From a virus, in the IMG/VR virus record IMGVR_UViG_3300020599_000003, positions 96,001-160,000 of that record: a stretch of 64,000 nucleotides of DNA. One strand, 5' to 3'. Shown here piece by piece: positions 9,596 through 19,629 of this stretch (the first letter of the stretch is position 1; each line of letters starts with the position of its first letter). A program made the translations under genes and the position numbers. Below the pieces are notes generated by a model, which saw only the letters and a program-made list of their open reading frames with translations, had not been told where the DNA came from and searched no databases.

Positions 9596-10111
9596 TCAAG
9601 TCCTTATCGGTGGTCGGTTGTTGCGTCGAGCGTTCACGGCAGCTACGAGCTGATCTCGACCAGTAGAGTAGTTCTTGAAGACCTGGAAGGTATATGTCTT
9701 GACCTCCGACCCGCCAGTGTAGATTGCCGTCACGTCGATTGACGTGATGCGATTGTTCACAGGGTCGGGGTAGTAGGCCACGACATCCGTGGAGTCGGGA
9801 GGGAGATCATCGAAGCTGTTGATCTCAGTGTCAGGGGCATTGTATGTCTGCTGATAGAACAGACGTTCGGAGAACATGCCTCGGAAGTTGATGAACGTGA
9901 TGGTGAGCGTACCCACACCACCGACAATGGACTTGTCGATAGTGTAGTTGGGGGGCCAGTACTCACCGAGAGTCCAGGTCAAGTCCGTGACGGACAAAGG
10001 AGAGTTGTCAGCAGGATCACCCGCCACCGATATCGTGAAGATCTGGTTGCCTTGGTGATCCTGGTAGATGGCGTCTGGCGGTGACGGCTCGGGGATCCAG
10101 ATGAGCGGCAT
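9596..10111 (-). CDS. Hypothetical baseplate-associated protein
   Basis: 171-aa ORF with GGAG RBS between the spike and PAAR genes. Confidence 0.6.
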   Translation of the reverse strand: MPLIWIPEPSPPDAIYQDHQGNQIFTISVAGDPADNSPLSVTDLTWTLGEYWPPNYTIDKSIVGGVGTLTITFINFRGMFSERLFYQQTYNAPDTEINSFDDLPPDSTDVVAYYPDPVNNRITSIDVTAIYTGGSEVKTYTFQVFKNYSTGRDQLVAAVNARRNNRPPIRT

Positions 10112-10123
10112 ATCTGGCTCCGC

Positions 10124-10705
10124 TTAGTTCAGGTCGATACGCTCAGCGTTGACGCTGAAGTTGCCACCGACTTGGAAGGATGCATCCCCAGTGACCTCGT
10201 GGTGGTAGTTACCCTCGGTCCGGACGTGGAGATTACCCTTCACAGTGATGGTCAGGTTGCCGCTGGCATCTATGTGGAACGAAGTGCCCGAAGCGTGTTG
10301 GAACAGATAGTCCTTCGTCCGGGAGTTGACAATGAGCTTGGTGCCGGAAGGGTCCGAGTAGCCCCAGGAGTCGACGTCCGCGAAGTCCGGGTTGGCACAG
10401 TTTATGCAGAAGATGCCTGCATCGTAGAAGCCGTAGTCCGTGTCGTCGTCTTGCAGATCGACCCGCACCTGGGAGCCCAGGGGCGGGACGCCATACACAC
10501 CGAAGCCTTGTCCCTGCCCGAATGGGGCGAGGCGCGCGGGGGCGACCCATGGCAACGTCTCGACGGGACCTTCCATCTTGCCAGGGATAGTGACCTTGAT
10601 GCGGTTCAGTTTCTGAGGGTCGTCACGAAAAACCACCGTGCCGATGTAGTACTCTGGTGGGTTCAGTGATTCGTTGACCGAGTCGTTGAGGGTAGCATCC
10701 AGCAT
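10124..10705 (-). CDS. Baseplate central spike (gp5/gpV OB-fold)
   Basis: YIGTVVFRDDPQKLNRIKV..P..LPW, VPPLGSQV, and C-terminal beta-helix repeats. Confidence 0.85.
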   Translation of the reverse strand: MLDATLNDSVNESLNPPEYYIGTVVFRDDPQKLNRIKVTIPGKMEGPVETLPWVAPARLAPFGQGQGFGVYGVPPLGSQVRVDLQDDDTDYGFYDAGIFCINCANPDFADVDSWGYSDPSGTKLIVNSRTKDYLFQHASGTSFHIDASGNLTITVKGNLHVRTEGNYHHEVTGDASFQVGGNFSVNAERIDLN

Positions 10706-11824
10706 CTATTTCTCCGAGCTATTGACGCCGTGGCGTTCGCACTGGATCTTGTCCAGGAAGTACGTACCCTTGATGAGGATGGACCGGGCAGTCACGAGGT
10801 ACAAGCCTGAGTTCTGCACATCAGCCTCTCCTGTGCGCACGCTGTACATGTTGCAGTTCAGCCAAGACAGCAGCGGAAAGGGGAGCGGCAGATAGTCGCT
10901 AGACAGATGCAGCTTCTGGTTGAACATCTGCGCGTAGCGAGCATTCTGATACTTCGCACGCTCCTTGGTCTCGCTGCTGTTGCCAACATCAATGCGACTG
11001 TGACGAGGCTTGCCTGTCAGGATGATCTTCTTGATGTCGGCATTGTAGTTTGGGTCGGTCACGTTGGGTGTGAACGTCAGGGTATCGACCCGGTCCGCCT
11101 TGATGAGGGACTGACGATACATCGTGGACTGGTAGCCTATGTTCTGGTTGGTGTAACCAGAGATAGACTCCGCATCGTAATGCGTGGCGAAGGCGCACCC
11201 GTCCTGGAATTGTCCGTTCACGACGGTTATCAAGGGTGCCTGTGGAGTGTTGACGTCCTTGTAGATCAGCCGGTTGGACAGATCGTAGGCAAGGGTCATG
11301 CGGGACGTGTCGGTCTTGAAGCCGTGCTGCGCCACGTAGCGTGCGAAGTCTGAGTATCGACGGTTCTGTTGATTCCAACTCTGTCTATCCGCCGTCTGCT
11401 CTCCGCTGTACTCGATACCGCACAGCTCTGCGATCCTCTGTAGTACGTCATTGGTCGTGCCGACGTAGTGCTGGAGACTGGTGCCCGCCCACCACAGTGG
11501 TGAGTCCAGATAACCCTCGATGATCCAAGTGTTACCTCCAGAAGAGTCGGGGGCCTTGGTGTGGTTGAAGAGTCGGAACGTGTATGTGGCGGGATCGTCC
11601 GTACCTGCCGCAATCTTGACCTGGATGCGCGTAGCGTCCTTCACCATCGGGACTGCATCGAGCACTCCCCAAGCATCGGAAATCTGCAGGACCATGACTG
11701 GCAGCTTCATGCCGAGCGTGGAGCCGATGTGTAGCTTCAGTACGGACATGTAGCCCGATATAGGGAGTTCAAACCCCTCGACATAAATAGATAGATTGAT
11801 TTGGTTATCGAGCTGAAATCCCAT
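10706..11824 (-). CDS. Baseplate hub protein (gp27/gpD-like)
   Basis: 372 aa directly upstream of the spike gene; ends with SGLYLVT, typical of hub proteins. Confidence 0.65.
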   Translation of the reverse strand: MGFQLDNQINLSIYVEGFELPISGYMSVLKLHIGSTLGMKLPVMVLQISDAWGVLDAVPMVKDATRIQVKIAAGTDDPATYTFRLFNHTKAPDSSGGNTWIIEGYLDSPLWWAGTSLQHYVGTTNDVLQRIAELCGIEYSGEQTADRQSWNQQNRRYSDFARYVAQHGFKTDTSRMTLAYDLSNRLIYKDVNTPQAPLITVVNGQFQDGCAFATHYDAESISGYTNQNIGYQSTMYRQSLIKADRVDTLTFTPNVTDPNYNADIKKIILTGKPRHSRIDVGNSSETKERAKYQNARYAQMFNQKLHLSSDYLPLPFPLLSWLNCNMYSVRTGEADVQNSGLYLVTARSILIKGTYFLDKIQCERHGVNSSEK

Positions 11825-13034
11825 CCTGTATCCCCAGTAATTTCTGCTCTCCGCTCAGGCGAGCGTGAATATAAGATTGAGGTAGCCGCATCCTATAGAG
11901 TTCGGCGCCATCCTGATCGAAGAAAATCACACCAGCTGAACGAAGGGAGAATGTGAAGTTGACCCCCTTAGGTCCCGGTACTCGGAGGCGGGAAACGGCT
12001 TTGAGGTGAGGATTTCTCCGCCGTCCGTATACTCGCGTATCAAGTTCGAGGGAATATGTATCGTTACCGCAATGATAATGCTCCTTCGGTAAAGAACCGT
12101 TCAGCATAGGAACGTCCTTGTACACTTGTTCCCCAGAACAATACCTGCAACGGAATAAAGAAGTCTGAGTACCAACATACCGCTCCACGAGAACGAAGAG
12201 TGGATTGTGCCACGCTAGGCGTGCGTTAAACACAGAATCAGGGAGGGTCCGTGCCGCCCTGATTTTAGATCGAGTCTCATCAGAGACAACCCTACCGGTC
12301 TGCGCCCTAGACATGTTGGCCTTAGCTTCAGCGGAACGCTTCTGACCCCGGTTCGAAGCGGATATCTTACACCTCGTTTCATCAGAGTTGACCTTCCCAG
12401 AATGTTTAGCCGATACCTTAGCACGCGAAGCCTTAGACCATTTGCGCTGCCGATTTGCCTCACCTATCTTTATCTTAGATGCAGATGAATGACTCAACCC
12501 GGTATGGGAGATGGACATAAGCCTCCGGGTTGCGTCTGAAGGGACGTACCCACTCGCTCCATCCCCTCCATTGGTCTGGTTAGCCAAACAGCCAGTCCCC
12601 AAATCTTCGCGGCCGAAGTGATTGATTAGGAACATCTCCAGAGCCAGGGAGGTTTCCTCATCCAGACGATCGTATAGAATGTCTATGTACAGGGTACGAG
12701 ACTCGCGGAGCGCCTTCTTGATTATGTGATTCTTGTGAGAAGATTCCCTTAATCTACTGTCGTCAAAATGAACCTCTGGGCGCTTCTTAAGGCCCTTACC
12801 TATATAGTAGGACGGATGATCGCGACCGTCTGCATCCAAACTATAGACCAAATACTTCCTAGTGGTGTCGAGCTTTCTATTATTCCTCACTGCTTGCGCT
12901 CGGACTAGTTCTAAGAACGGTGCAAGTTTCCATCTTGGGGGCATTTTCTGCAGCCGGAGTCTCTTCACAAGGGTTCCGCGCAGTGAATCAGCATGCGAAT
13001 TGACAACCACATCGAATTCTTCGAGGATCATCAT
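11805..13034 (-). mobile_element. Free-standing GIY-YIG homing endonuclease with NUMOD3-like repeats
   Basis: YLVYSL...YYIGKG, HKNHIIKK, LEMFLINHFGR..GTGCLANQTNGGDG, then repeated S.ETR.KIS motifs. More AT-rich than its neighbours; overlaps the hub start by 20 bp. Confidence 0.85.
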
Positions 13035-13207
13035 TTCGCACGCTGCTTGAGATATGCTTCGAGGGCTATGGAAACGAGCTTACTGAGCGACACAACCCTA
13101 CCACTCTCTTCAGTTAATCTCAAAGCTTCGCGACGGGCTTTAGCTTGTAGGGTGCGGCTGAGGGTGATAGAGGTGATGGCATAGCCACTCTTGGTCTTAG
13201 CGGGCAT
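13031..13207 (-). CDS. Ribbon-helix-helix DNA-binding protein (58 aa)
   Basis: Hand-translated, below the ORF-track cut-off: MPAKTKSGYAITSITLSRTLQAKARREALRLTEESGRVVSLSKLVSIALEAYLKQRAK. Its TGA overlaps the endonuclease ATG. Confidence 0.7.
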   Translation of the reverse strand: MPAKTKSGYAITSITLSRTLQAKARREALRLTEESGRVVSLSKLVSIALEAYLKQRAK

Positions 13208-13237
13208 AGCGTGTACCTTAGTAGGTTAGTAACGCTA

Positions 13238-13244
13238 TAAAATT
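13238..13244 (-). promoter_or_regulatory. AATTTTA motif upstream of the RHH-endonuclease cassette
   Basis: GGTTAGTAACGCTATAAAATTGGG on +, similar to the copies at 28.7 and 59.1 kb. Confidence 0.6.
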
Positions 13245-13341
13245 GGGCGCTGCGCCCACCCGTCGATGGGTAGCTCGAATCCCTCAACGTAGATGCCTAG
13301 GTTGATCTGATTACCCAATTGGTAAGGCATGGGTCAACCTC

Positions 13342-13683
13342 TTAGATGTTAATGGTGCGTTGTCGCGTGCTGCTCGCGGGAGTCTTCTGCGAGGCGATGT
13401 ACGCGTCTAGCGATTGCTTGGTGAACAGGTTGAGGGTGGCACCTGGATAGAGATCGGTGATCGGATCGATGATGCCATTATATGCCATGATGATATGGAA
13501 GGCGTTCTCATCGTTGTAGTAGCGATACGCGATGCCAGGGAGGTTCGCCAAATCAGCCTGCGTCAGTGTGATCCGTCGCATGAACTGGAGATTGTAGCGA
13601 ACATTGGAGTACAAGGTCGCGAAGGGCGACCGAGCAGTACCAGTGCTGTCTATTGGGGTGTTTTCGCTCCAACTATACGCCAT
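13342..13683 (-). CDS. Baseplate wedge gp53/LysM-like protein
   Basis: 113 aa; LPGIAYRYY...FHIIMAYNGIIDPITDLYPGATL pattern. Confidence 0.7.
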   Translation of the reverse strand: MAYSWSENTPIDSTGTARSPFATLYSNVRYNLQFMRRITLTQADLANLPGIAYRYYNDENAFHIIMAYNGIIDPITDLYPGATLNLFTKQSLDAYIASQKTPASSTRQRTINI

Positions 13684-13686
13684 GAC

Positions 13687-14712
13687 TTAGGTCCCCGCGA
13701 AGTAGTTCTGGAATTCGTTGGACTGATCGTCCACGTACAGCGGCGGGGGAAGGTCCGTGGCTTGGATGGAGCCTCCTGACCCCGGGAAAGCTTCCGGTGT
13801 GTACTCCGACTCGTAGTTCGGGTCGATGGTCTGCGTGGTGTCTGCCGTCCCGTAGACGTTATCGACGAGGTCTTCAGGTCGGATGTGGAAGATCTTCCCC
13901 AGATCCTCACGAGTGATGAGGAACATCGGCCGGAAGCGGAAGTCCACTTCGCAATACTGCATATATCCTCGGCTATCAGGCTGAGTATACACCGTCTTGC
14001 TGACGCTAAGCGGCACGATGTTGTCAAAGGTGATCTGCGTGCCGATGTCGATGGAAACCTGACTCGCCATCATGCTCTCGAGCCATGCACGAGTGCCGAA
14101 CGCAGCCGGCTCCGGGTCCTGTTGCGACGCGTTGACCGAGCCGCGAGTACCGGATTGGTTCTGGGCCGGATTGGTCTGGCTCTTCATCGTGGTCTGCGAT
14201 GCGAAGCCCTTCGGCTGGTTGAGAACCCCAGTCTGCTGAGCTTCGGGGCTGGTCGTGGACTGACCATTCATGTACCGGTCCACGTTCTCCTTGATGTATC
14301 CCAGCACCTTCTGGAAATCGATGCCACCCACCGGCGCAGTGAGCATACCGACCTTGTTGGTGCCTGCCGCGCAGAGCGACTCCAGTTGGTAGACCGGCAG
14401 CGTGACATCACGGTACGCATCCGTCTCCGCCTGGAAGACGAACTTGAGCGTGATGTCGTCGCTGGAGGTACCTGACCAGACCTGTGCAGTCATGGCTTGC
14501 CAGAGAGGCTTGGTGCCGAAGACGTTAAGTGCCTTGAGGAAGCCGCCCCCGAACAGATTGCCGAAGGCGGGCTCGTACTCAGCCGAGCTGTCGTACATGA
14601 ACTGCTCGGACAGATTGGCGTAGATGGCGAGATTCTTCGTGCCGCTACCATCCTTCACTATTTTTCTTATAACTGCGGTATACGCAGGATTGAATGTGTT
14701 TGGGGAGGCCAT
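13687..14712 (-). CDS. Tail tube initiator (gp48/gp54-like)
   Basis: 341 aa; QVWSGTS..DITLKFVF and a late CEVDFRF segment; adjacent to the gp53-like gene. Confidence 0.5.
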   Translation of the reverse strand: MASPNTFNPAYTAVIRKIVKDGSGTKNLAIYANLSEQFMYDSSAEYEPAFGNLFGGGFLKALNVFGTKPLWQAMTAQVWSGTSSDDITLKFVFQAETDAYRDVTLPVYQLESLCAAGTNKVGMLTAPVGGIDFQKVLGYIKENVDRYMNGQSTTSPEAQQTGVLNQPKGFASQTTMKSQTNPAQNQSGTRGSVNASQQDPEPAAFGTRAWLESMMASQVSIDIGTQITFDNIVPLSVSKTVYTQPDSRGYMQYCEVDFRFRPMFLITREDLGKIFHIRPEDLVDNVYGTADTTQTIDPNYESEYTPEAFPGSGGSIQATDLPPPLYVDDQSNEFQNYFAGT

Positions 14713-14715
14713 AGA

Positions 14716-15327
14716 TTACTTGTTCTCGGGGATGTTGTCGAGATTGTCCACCAGAGTGTCCATTTCTACCTTGACCAGATCCTCGCGCTCCAGGTAGGCG
14801 TTCACGCGCTCGATACGATCGTCCAGACCATTGGTGCCGCCGTTGATCGCTCTGGTCACACCGAGCGTGTCCCCGGCGCGAGCCATCTCGGGTATGCGAG
14901 GACGTTCCACTCGCCAGTACCAGAGAGCAGCCTGCACAGCGATGTCCGGTTGGGCCAGGAGGTCCGGGTTGTTGATGAGATCCAGACCCAGGAACTTGCC
15001 ACACTTCTCGTAGTTGGCGCGGCCCGTCATCTGGATGAAGCCCCGTCCACGGAACTTGTAGCCGTCGCCGACTTCGCTGTTGCCGAGGTTGAACGCGACG
15101 TAGTTGATGTCACCCGGCTTCAGGCCTGGACCCCACGGAGCTTTGAAGTCGCGCTCGTATTTGAGCTGTTGCTTGGTAGGACCCCAGATCTCATACAGGT
15201 AGACACCTTCCATGGATTCGTGCGCGAGCTGGCCCAGGAACTGAGCACGCTCTTTGGGGTCGAACATGCCCCCTTTGTTCATGCCGTCAACGAGGACGGC
15301 TTCAAAATTGAATTTCGGCTTTGCCAT
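14716..15327 (-). CDS. Glycoside hydrolase family 19 endolysin/lysozyme
   Basis: QFLGQLAHES, YKFRGRGFIQMTGRANY, AALWYW and TRAINGGTNGLDDR motifs. Confidence 0.9.
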   Translation of the reverse strand: MAKPKFNFEAVLVDGMNKGGMFDPKERAQFLGQLAHESMEGVYLYEIWGPTKQQLKYERDFKAPWGPGLKPGDINYVAFNLGNSEVGDGYKFRGRGFIQMTGRANYEKCGKFLGLDLINNPDLLAQPDIAVQAALWYWRVERPRIPEMARAGDTLGVTRAINGGTNGLDDRIERVNAYLEREDLVKVEMDTLVDNLDNIPENK

Positions 15328-15340
15328 TGCTAGATCCTTC

Positions 15341-16666
15341 TTAGCGATTGGCGTCTACAACGACGCCGTTGGGTAAGCGGATGGGGTTCGGGGCTTGCTG
15401 AGGCTGCGCTTGAGGCTGAGGAGGAGGGTAGGCGGTAGCGTCCACTATAGGCTTCTGCACCTGCGCGTCGACCGCCTGTTGAGTTGCTTCTGCTACTGTC
15501 GGGGTTGCAGGTGGAGTTGCAGTGGTTGCTCCCCCATAGATGGCGGCATAACCAGCGGACCACGCCTCGAGCTTGGCCTTCGTGAGCCCCACGTACTCGC
15601 TGACGTACTCAGACTTACCATACAGGTTGTTCCGGACGTTCTTGCGAAGACCATCGGGCAGCTCGTCAATGCGCAATCCAGCGTTCGCGGCGTCGATGAG
15701 TGTCTTCACTGCGCCGGGACCTTGTTGGTGAGCGAGATACAGATTGGTGATGGTCGGGGCCACGCCCTTCGCCTTGAGGAACTTCACGTTGTCGAGGTAC
15801 AGACGAGCACCAGCATCCAGGTTGGCAGCTTCATCCATTTCCCGGCCCGCAATGCCGTACATCTCGGCAGTGGACGGGATGAACTGGAGCAGACCCTTCG
15901 CACTCTTCTCACCACGAGAGACGTTCTTGCCTCCGGATTCGATGGCGATATAGGTGAGAAAGTCCGCACGATCGATGCCGTAGCGGTCAGCGGTCTTGAT
16001 GCCGAGTGCCACGACGTGTTCAGGGAGCTTGGGACCCGAACCCATCTTGGCGGAAGAGACGGAGCCTCGGTAGTCCGTGCCAGTGCGACGAGCTTCGGAG
16101 AGGCCCAGATCCTGCGCGGTAGTCTCCACCGTGCGGAACTCGAACTCTCCTGCGTCTTCGAGACCAGCTTCCCTGTTCTTGATCGTGCGATACGCTAGAT
16201 AGGTCCCTACACCCGCAATTATGGCCCCAGACAGGATGGGGTTGGCTGCGATGAACGGCATGAGCAGCCGTATGACACTACGGAATCCGAACCAGACAAT
16301 CTTGACCATCGTCCGCACGAGGGCGGAGGTGATGCCCACTAGAGCGCGGATGACGCCTCGGCCTGCGTATATCAGGGCTTGGCCCATCGCACGGCCCAAG
16401 CCACCGACTTTGTCGAAGACCTCCACGGCTGTATCGAACCAACCTCCGTCCTCTTCGGCTACCGTAGCTAGGGCTTCTTGGCGAGCAATCATCACGCGAG
16501 CCAGAGCCTCGTTAGGGTTGTCTGAGAAGTCGTTGCGCTGTTCCGGGTGCTGGAACGCCCGACGGATGGACCGCTGAATGTTCTCGGGGGAGAGGGTCTC
16601 CTCGAAGAGTCCACTCCCAGGAGTCCCACCGAGCAGGAAGCCCGAGGCTACTGTCAGTGTGGTCAT
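15341..16666 (-). CDS. Tail-associated lytic transglycosylase (SLT domain)
   Basis: IAIESGG (catalytic ES), AKGLLQFIPSTA, NLDAGARLY, YLAHQQGPG; hydrophobic N-terminal half. Confidence 0.85.
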   Translation of the reverse strand: MTTLTVASGFLLGGTPGSGLFEETLSPENIQRSIRRAFQHPEQRNDFSDNPNEALARVMIARQEALATVAEEDGGWFDTAVEVFDKVGGLGRAMGQALIYAGRGVIRALVGITSALVRTMVKIVWFGFRSVIRLLMPFIAANPILSGAIIAGVGTYLAYRTIKNREAGLEDAGEFEFRTVETTAQDLGLSEARRTGTDYRGSVSSAKMGSGPKLPEHVVALGIKTADRYGIDRADFLTYIAIESGGKNVSRGEKSAKGLLQFIPSTAEMYGIAGREMDEAANLDAGARLYLDNVKFLKAKGVAPTITNLYLAHQQGPGAVKTLIDAANAGLRIDELPDGLRKNVRNNLYGKSEYVSEYVGLTKAKLEAWSAGYAAIYGGATTATPPATPTVAEATQQAVDAQVQKPIVDATAYPPPQPQAQPQQAPNPIRLPNGVVVDANR

Positions 16667-16673
16667 AGTGTTC

Positions 16674-18182
16674 CTATCGGATCATGTTGGACAGGGGGAG
16701 CAACGAGCTCCCTGAGTTGGGGACATAACCCTCACCCCCTCCAGCGGGAGGTAGCACTCGCTTCAACTCGGCATTGGCTATAGTGTTGCCTACACCGACA
16801 CGGTCATTCAGCTTGTCGCGACTGGCGGCCAGGATGATCTCAGGCTGCTTGATTTCCGCAGCGCTCATCTCGTTCTGGCCCTTCATGGCCGAGGTCGACG
16901 CGATGGTCGTGCTGGCGCTTGCAGGAGGAGTGGATGCCGACGTGTAGCCACCCCCTCCGCTGCCGGAAAGCGTAGCTTCGTCAGCCGCAGCTTGGCGGCG
17001 GGCCGCTTCAATCTTCTGCGCACGACGAGCGGCGCGCTCGCCCTGCTTACCGGCACGAGCAGCTTCCACATCCATCTGGTTGGCAGTGACTGCTCGCCAG
17101 ACGGCAGTGCCTTTGTCGCTCTCGCGGATGGCGTCAGCCTGCTTCTTCAGCTCTTCCGCCTTGGCGTTGAACTGGTCGGCTTCCTTCTCAGCCTTCTCCT
17201 GAGCTTCCCTTCGGTCGGCTTCCTGCTGGACGGGGTCCACGTCCTTGAACCCGAAGAGATCCTTCAAGTAGTTTGTGAACTCGTCAGCTTCCTTCTTGAT
17301 GAAGTCCCACGCCTGCCCCAGGAGCTTCTGGGCGTTATCAATCGTGAAGAAGTTGCCAATCTCGGCCAGCTTATCGTCGATCCACTTGCGGAAGACCGGG
17401 CTGAAGATGTAGGCCAGGCCGCCCAGCTTGGCGAGCTCGGTCAGGAGGTTCTTGCCTGCGCCCTTGGCCTTGCCGACGAAGTCGTCCTTGTACTCGTTAA
17501 ACTTGCGCCACCACTGAGTGGCCCAATTCTCGGTAGCCTCACGGTCTTCCTGCCTGCGAGCAGCTTCAGCAGCCTTCCCCTTCGGTGAGTCTGGGGAGGA
17601 CAGGATCTCGTCCAGAGAGGCTCCCCCATCTTCATAGGGGCCCTGACCCTCCTCAATCTCACGCAACACGTCTTCGACAGTCTTGCCGACAGCAGGCTTC
17701 TCCTTGGGAGTAGCCTTCTCTTTGACCTGGCCCTTGAGACGCCGGATCAGTTCGTCATACTGGGACTTGGCCGTGTCTACGGCCTCAGTGTACTGCTCTT
17801 CGCTGAACTGAGCCAGTGAGTCGTTGGCCGAGTCCACGAGTTCTTCGATGGCCTGGAGCAGATCAGAACTACGCTCCTGGTAGACTGCCGCAGTCACGTC
17901 CTTGACGAGCTGCTCGGTCTCCGCGTCGGTGAGCTCCTTGCCGCCCCTGGAACGCTTCTTGACCTCCGCGGCGATGCGCTTGTCTGCGGTAGTCTCGATG
18001 ATGTCAACCCCGCGCTTGAACACGTCGCCGGCGAGCTTACTGTATTGGTTGATCAGCTTCAATAGCCGATCCGTATCTGCCTTGGTAGCCGTTCCCTTCA
18101 AGACCTTGTCGATGGTCCCCGACTCGGCCTTAGAGAGTTCAGCCCACTTTGCAGCGGCTTTCGTGGCTGTATCTACCGCCAT
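16674..18182 (-). CDS. Tape-measure-like helical tail protein
   Basis: ORF 16674..18227; likely start MAVDTAT at 18182. Ala/Lys/Glu-rich helical composition; lies between the hub-assembly and SLT genes. Confidence 0.5.
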   Translation of the reverse strand: MAVDTATKAAAKWAELSKAESGTIDKVLKGTATKADTDRLLKLINQYSKLAGDVFKRGVDIIETTADKRIAAEVKKRSRGGKELTDAETEQLVKDVTAAVYQERSSDLLQAIEELVDSANDSLAQFSEEQYTEAVDTAKSQYDELIRRLKGQVKEKATPKEKPAVGKTVEDVLREIEEGQGPYEDGGASLDEILSSPDSPKGKAAEAARRQEDREATENWATQWWRKFNEYKDDFVGKAKGAGKNLLTELAKLGGLAYIFSPVFRKWIDDKLAEIGNFFTIDNAQKLLGQAWDFIKKEADEFTNYLKDLFGFKDVDPVQQEADRREAQEKAEKEADQFNAKAEELKKQADAIRESDKGTAVWRAVTANQMDVEAARAGKQGERAARRAQKIEAARRQAAADEATLSGSGGGGYTSASTPPASASTTIASTSAMKGQNEMSAAEIKQPEIILAASRDKLNDRVGVGNTIANAELKRVLPPAGGGEGYVPNSGSSLLPLSNMIR

Positions 18183-18284
18183 ATTGGGATACCCCTGGTA
18201 TGCCCCGCAAGACCCTCCGAAGCTCATGTAGGGAGCGCTTTCGGAGGGTTTTCGGAGCGGTTTTGAGAGGGTTTACGGGCCGCC

Positions 18285-18446
18285 CTATAGAGGCACCATG
18301 CCGTCCTCGATGGCCTTCTTACGGAGGTCACGCAAGGACTCAGCACGATTGGACATCCAGAACAGCTCGACTATAGGCATGGTGTCAGGCGGTTGCGACT
18401 TGAACTCCAGCATGTACAATGCTTTGCGTTCGAACAGAAGATCCAT
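18285..18446 (-). CDS. Small hub assembly protein (gp51-like)
   Basis: MDLLFERKALYMLEFKSQPPDTMPIVELFWM..., 53 aa, starting 5 bp after the gp26-like stop. Confidence 0.5.
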   Translation of the reverse strand: MDLLFERKALYMLEFKSQPPDTMPIVELFWMSNRAESLRDLRKKAIEDGMVPL

Positions 18447-18450
18447 CCGG

Positions 18451-19590
18451 TCAAATGGGAAGAAACGAGCGGGCATCGAGCGTGATCTTGGATCGACGCT
18501 GATGCCCACACTCCGGACAAGTCACCAGAACATATTCGTCAGGGCCGTAGGACGTCGCGGCCTTTTCGAACTCCCCAATCTTCAGCAGCTCATCGTAGTC
18601 CAGGGTTTCCATGAACTCGATACGCCGAGCGAGCGGAGCGTCGGGCTCCCCTTTGATGCGGATGAGCGAGGCAGCACGACACATGTACTTCAGATCGGCG
18701 TTGTCCTCGTAATCCGGCTGGGCCAGAGCTTCCATGACGTCGATCATGAGAGCGGGCTTCAGTTCGAAATGCTCGAACTGGTACTGCGACATGTCGGGGG
18801 CGCTCCCCAAGTACTTCGTGTGGATGTTGGAGCGCGTGACCTGCATGGTGATCTGCAGCGACTCCGGAGCCTTTTTGCCTTGCTCGACTGCGAGCAGGTG
18901 TTCAGGGTTGTTGCACTTCGTCCGGTGCGTGAGGCTGGTCTTGATCTGGTTCAGGCGCAGGAAATACAGCACCCAATAGAAGTCAGGGATAGTCAGGTGG
19001 AAGGCCAGCGGCTTCTCCTGCCAGTTCGGATGCGACGTACCCAGAACATCGGACACGGCTTCCAGCAGATAGGCGTAGGACTGCGAGACATACGCCTCGT
19101 GCAGCTTGGCGAAGTGCGGGAGGCGGAACTTGCCGACGTACAACTCCTTGAACTCGTAGAATACGTAGCCGGACGGCAACTCCGCGATGGCGGTATCCGT
19201 ATCCTTGCGAGGTGTGTAGGTCGGTGGATCGAGAGGGACCGTGGGGCCTTCCGGGTGGACGATCTCCGTGGTCAGGGGCTTGATCTCCTGGGCTTCCTTC
19301 ATCCTTGCCGCGATGTGCGCCTGCAAGGCGGGGCTGATCTTGGGGAAGGGGCGTCCGGTGGCAGGATTGATCTCAGGCTGTTCGGCTTGAGAGGGTTCTT
19401 GAGAGGGTTCTTGAGGAGGTTCCTGCGTGGAGGCTCCAGGAGTCAGTCGTTGAGGTTGGCGCAGCGTCTGAGGTTCAGGCTCCGGCTGCTGGGGAGCACT
19501 CTCCTTCTGCCGGGTGAGAATGTTGTCAAGGTTGCGCTGGCGCGAGGCTGCGATGCCTTCTTGCGACAGATCGAACACTTGTCGGGTCAT
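18451..19590 (-). CDS. Baseplate hub assembly protein (gp26-like)
   Basis: 379 aa; LPSGYVFY, CNNPEH and C-terminal CPECGH motifs; low-complexity Q/E/P-rich N-terminus. Confidence 0.6.
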   Translation of the reverse strand: MTRQVFDLSQEGIAASRQRNLDNILTRQKESAPQQPEPEPQTLRQPQRLTPGASTQEPPQEPSQEPSQAEQPEINPATGRPFPKISPALQAHIAARMKEAQEIKPLTTEIVHPEGPTVPLDPPTYTPRKDTDTAIAELPSGYVFYEFKELYVGKFRLPHFAKLHEAYVSQSYAYLLEAVSDVLGTSHPNWQEKPLAFHLTIPDFYWVLYFLRLNQIKTSLTHRTKCNNPEHLLAVEQGKKAPESLQITMQVTRSNIHTKYLGSAPDMSQYQFEHFELKPALMIDVMEALAQPDYEDNADLKYMCRAASLIRIKGEPDAPLARRIEFMETLDYDELLKIGEFEKAATSYGPDEYVLVTCPECGHQRRSKITLDARSFLPI

Positions 19591-19629
19591 AGTCTTCTCG
19601 TAGTGTAGTTGATGGAACCTGACTAATAG

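Noticed and set aside
18285-19590. Programmed tail-chaperone frameshift joining 18451..19590 to 18285..18509
   Set aside because: It would need a +1 shift, no slippery heptamer is evident, and the downstream ORF has its own ATG at 18446 (gp26/gp51-like pair).
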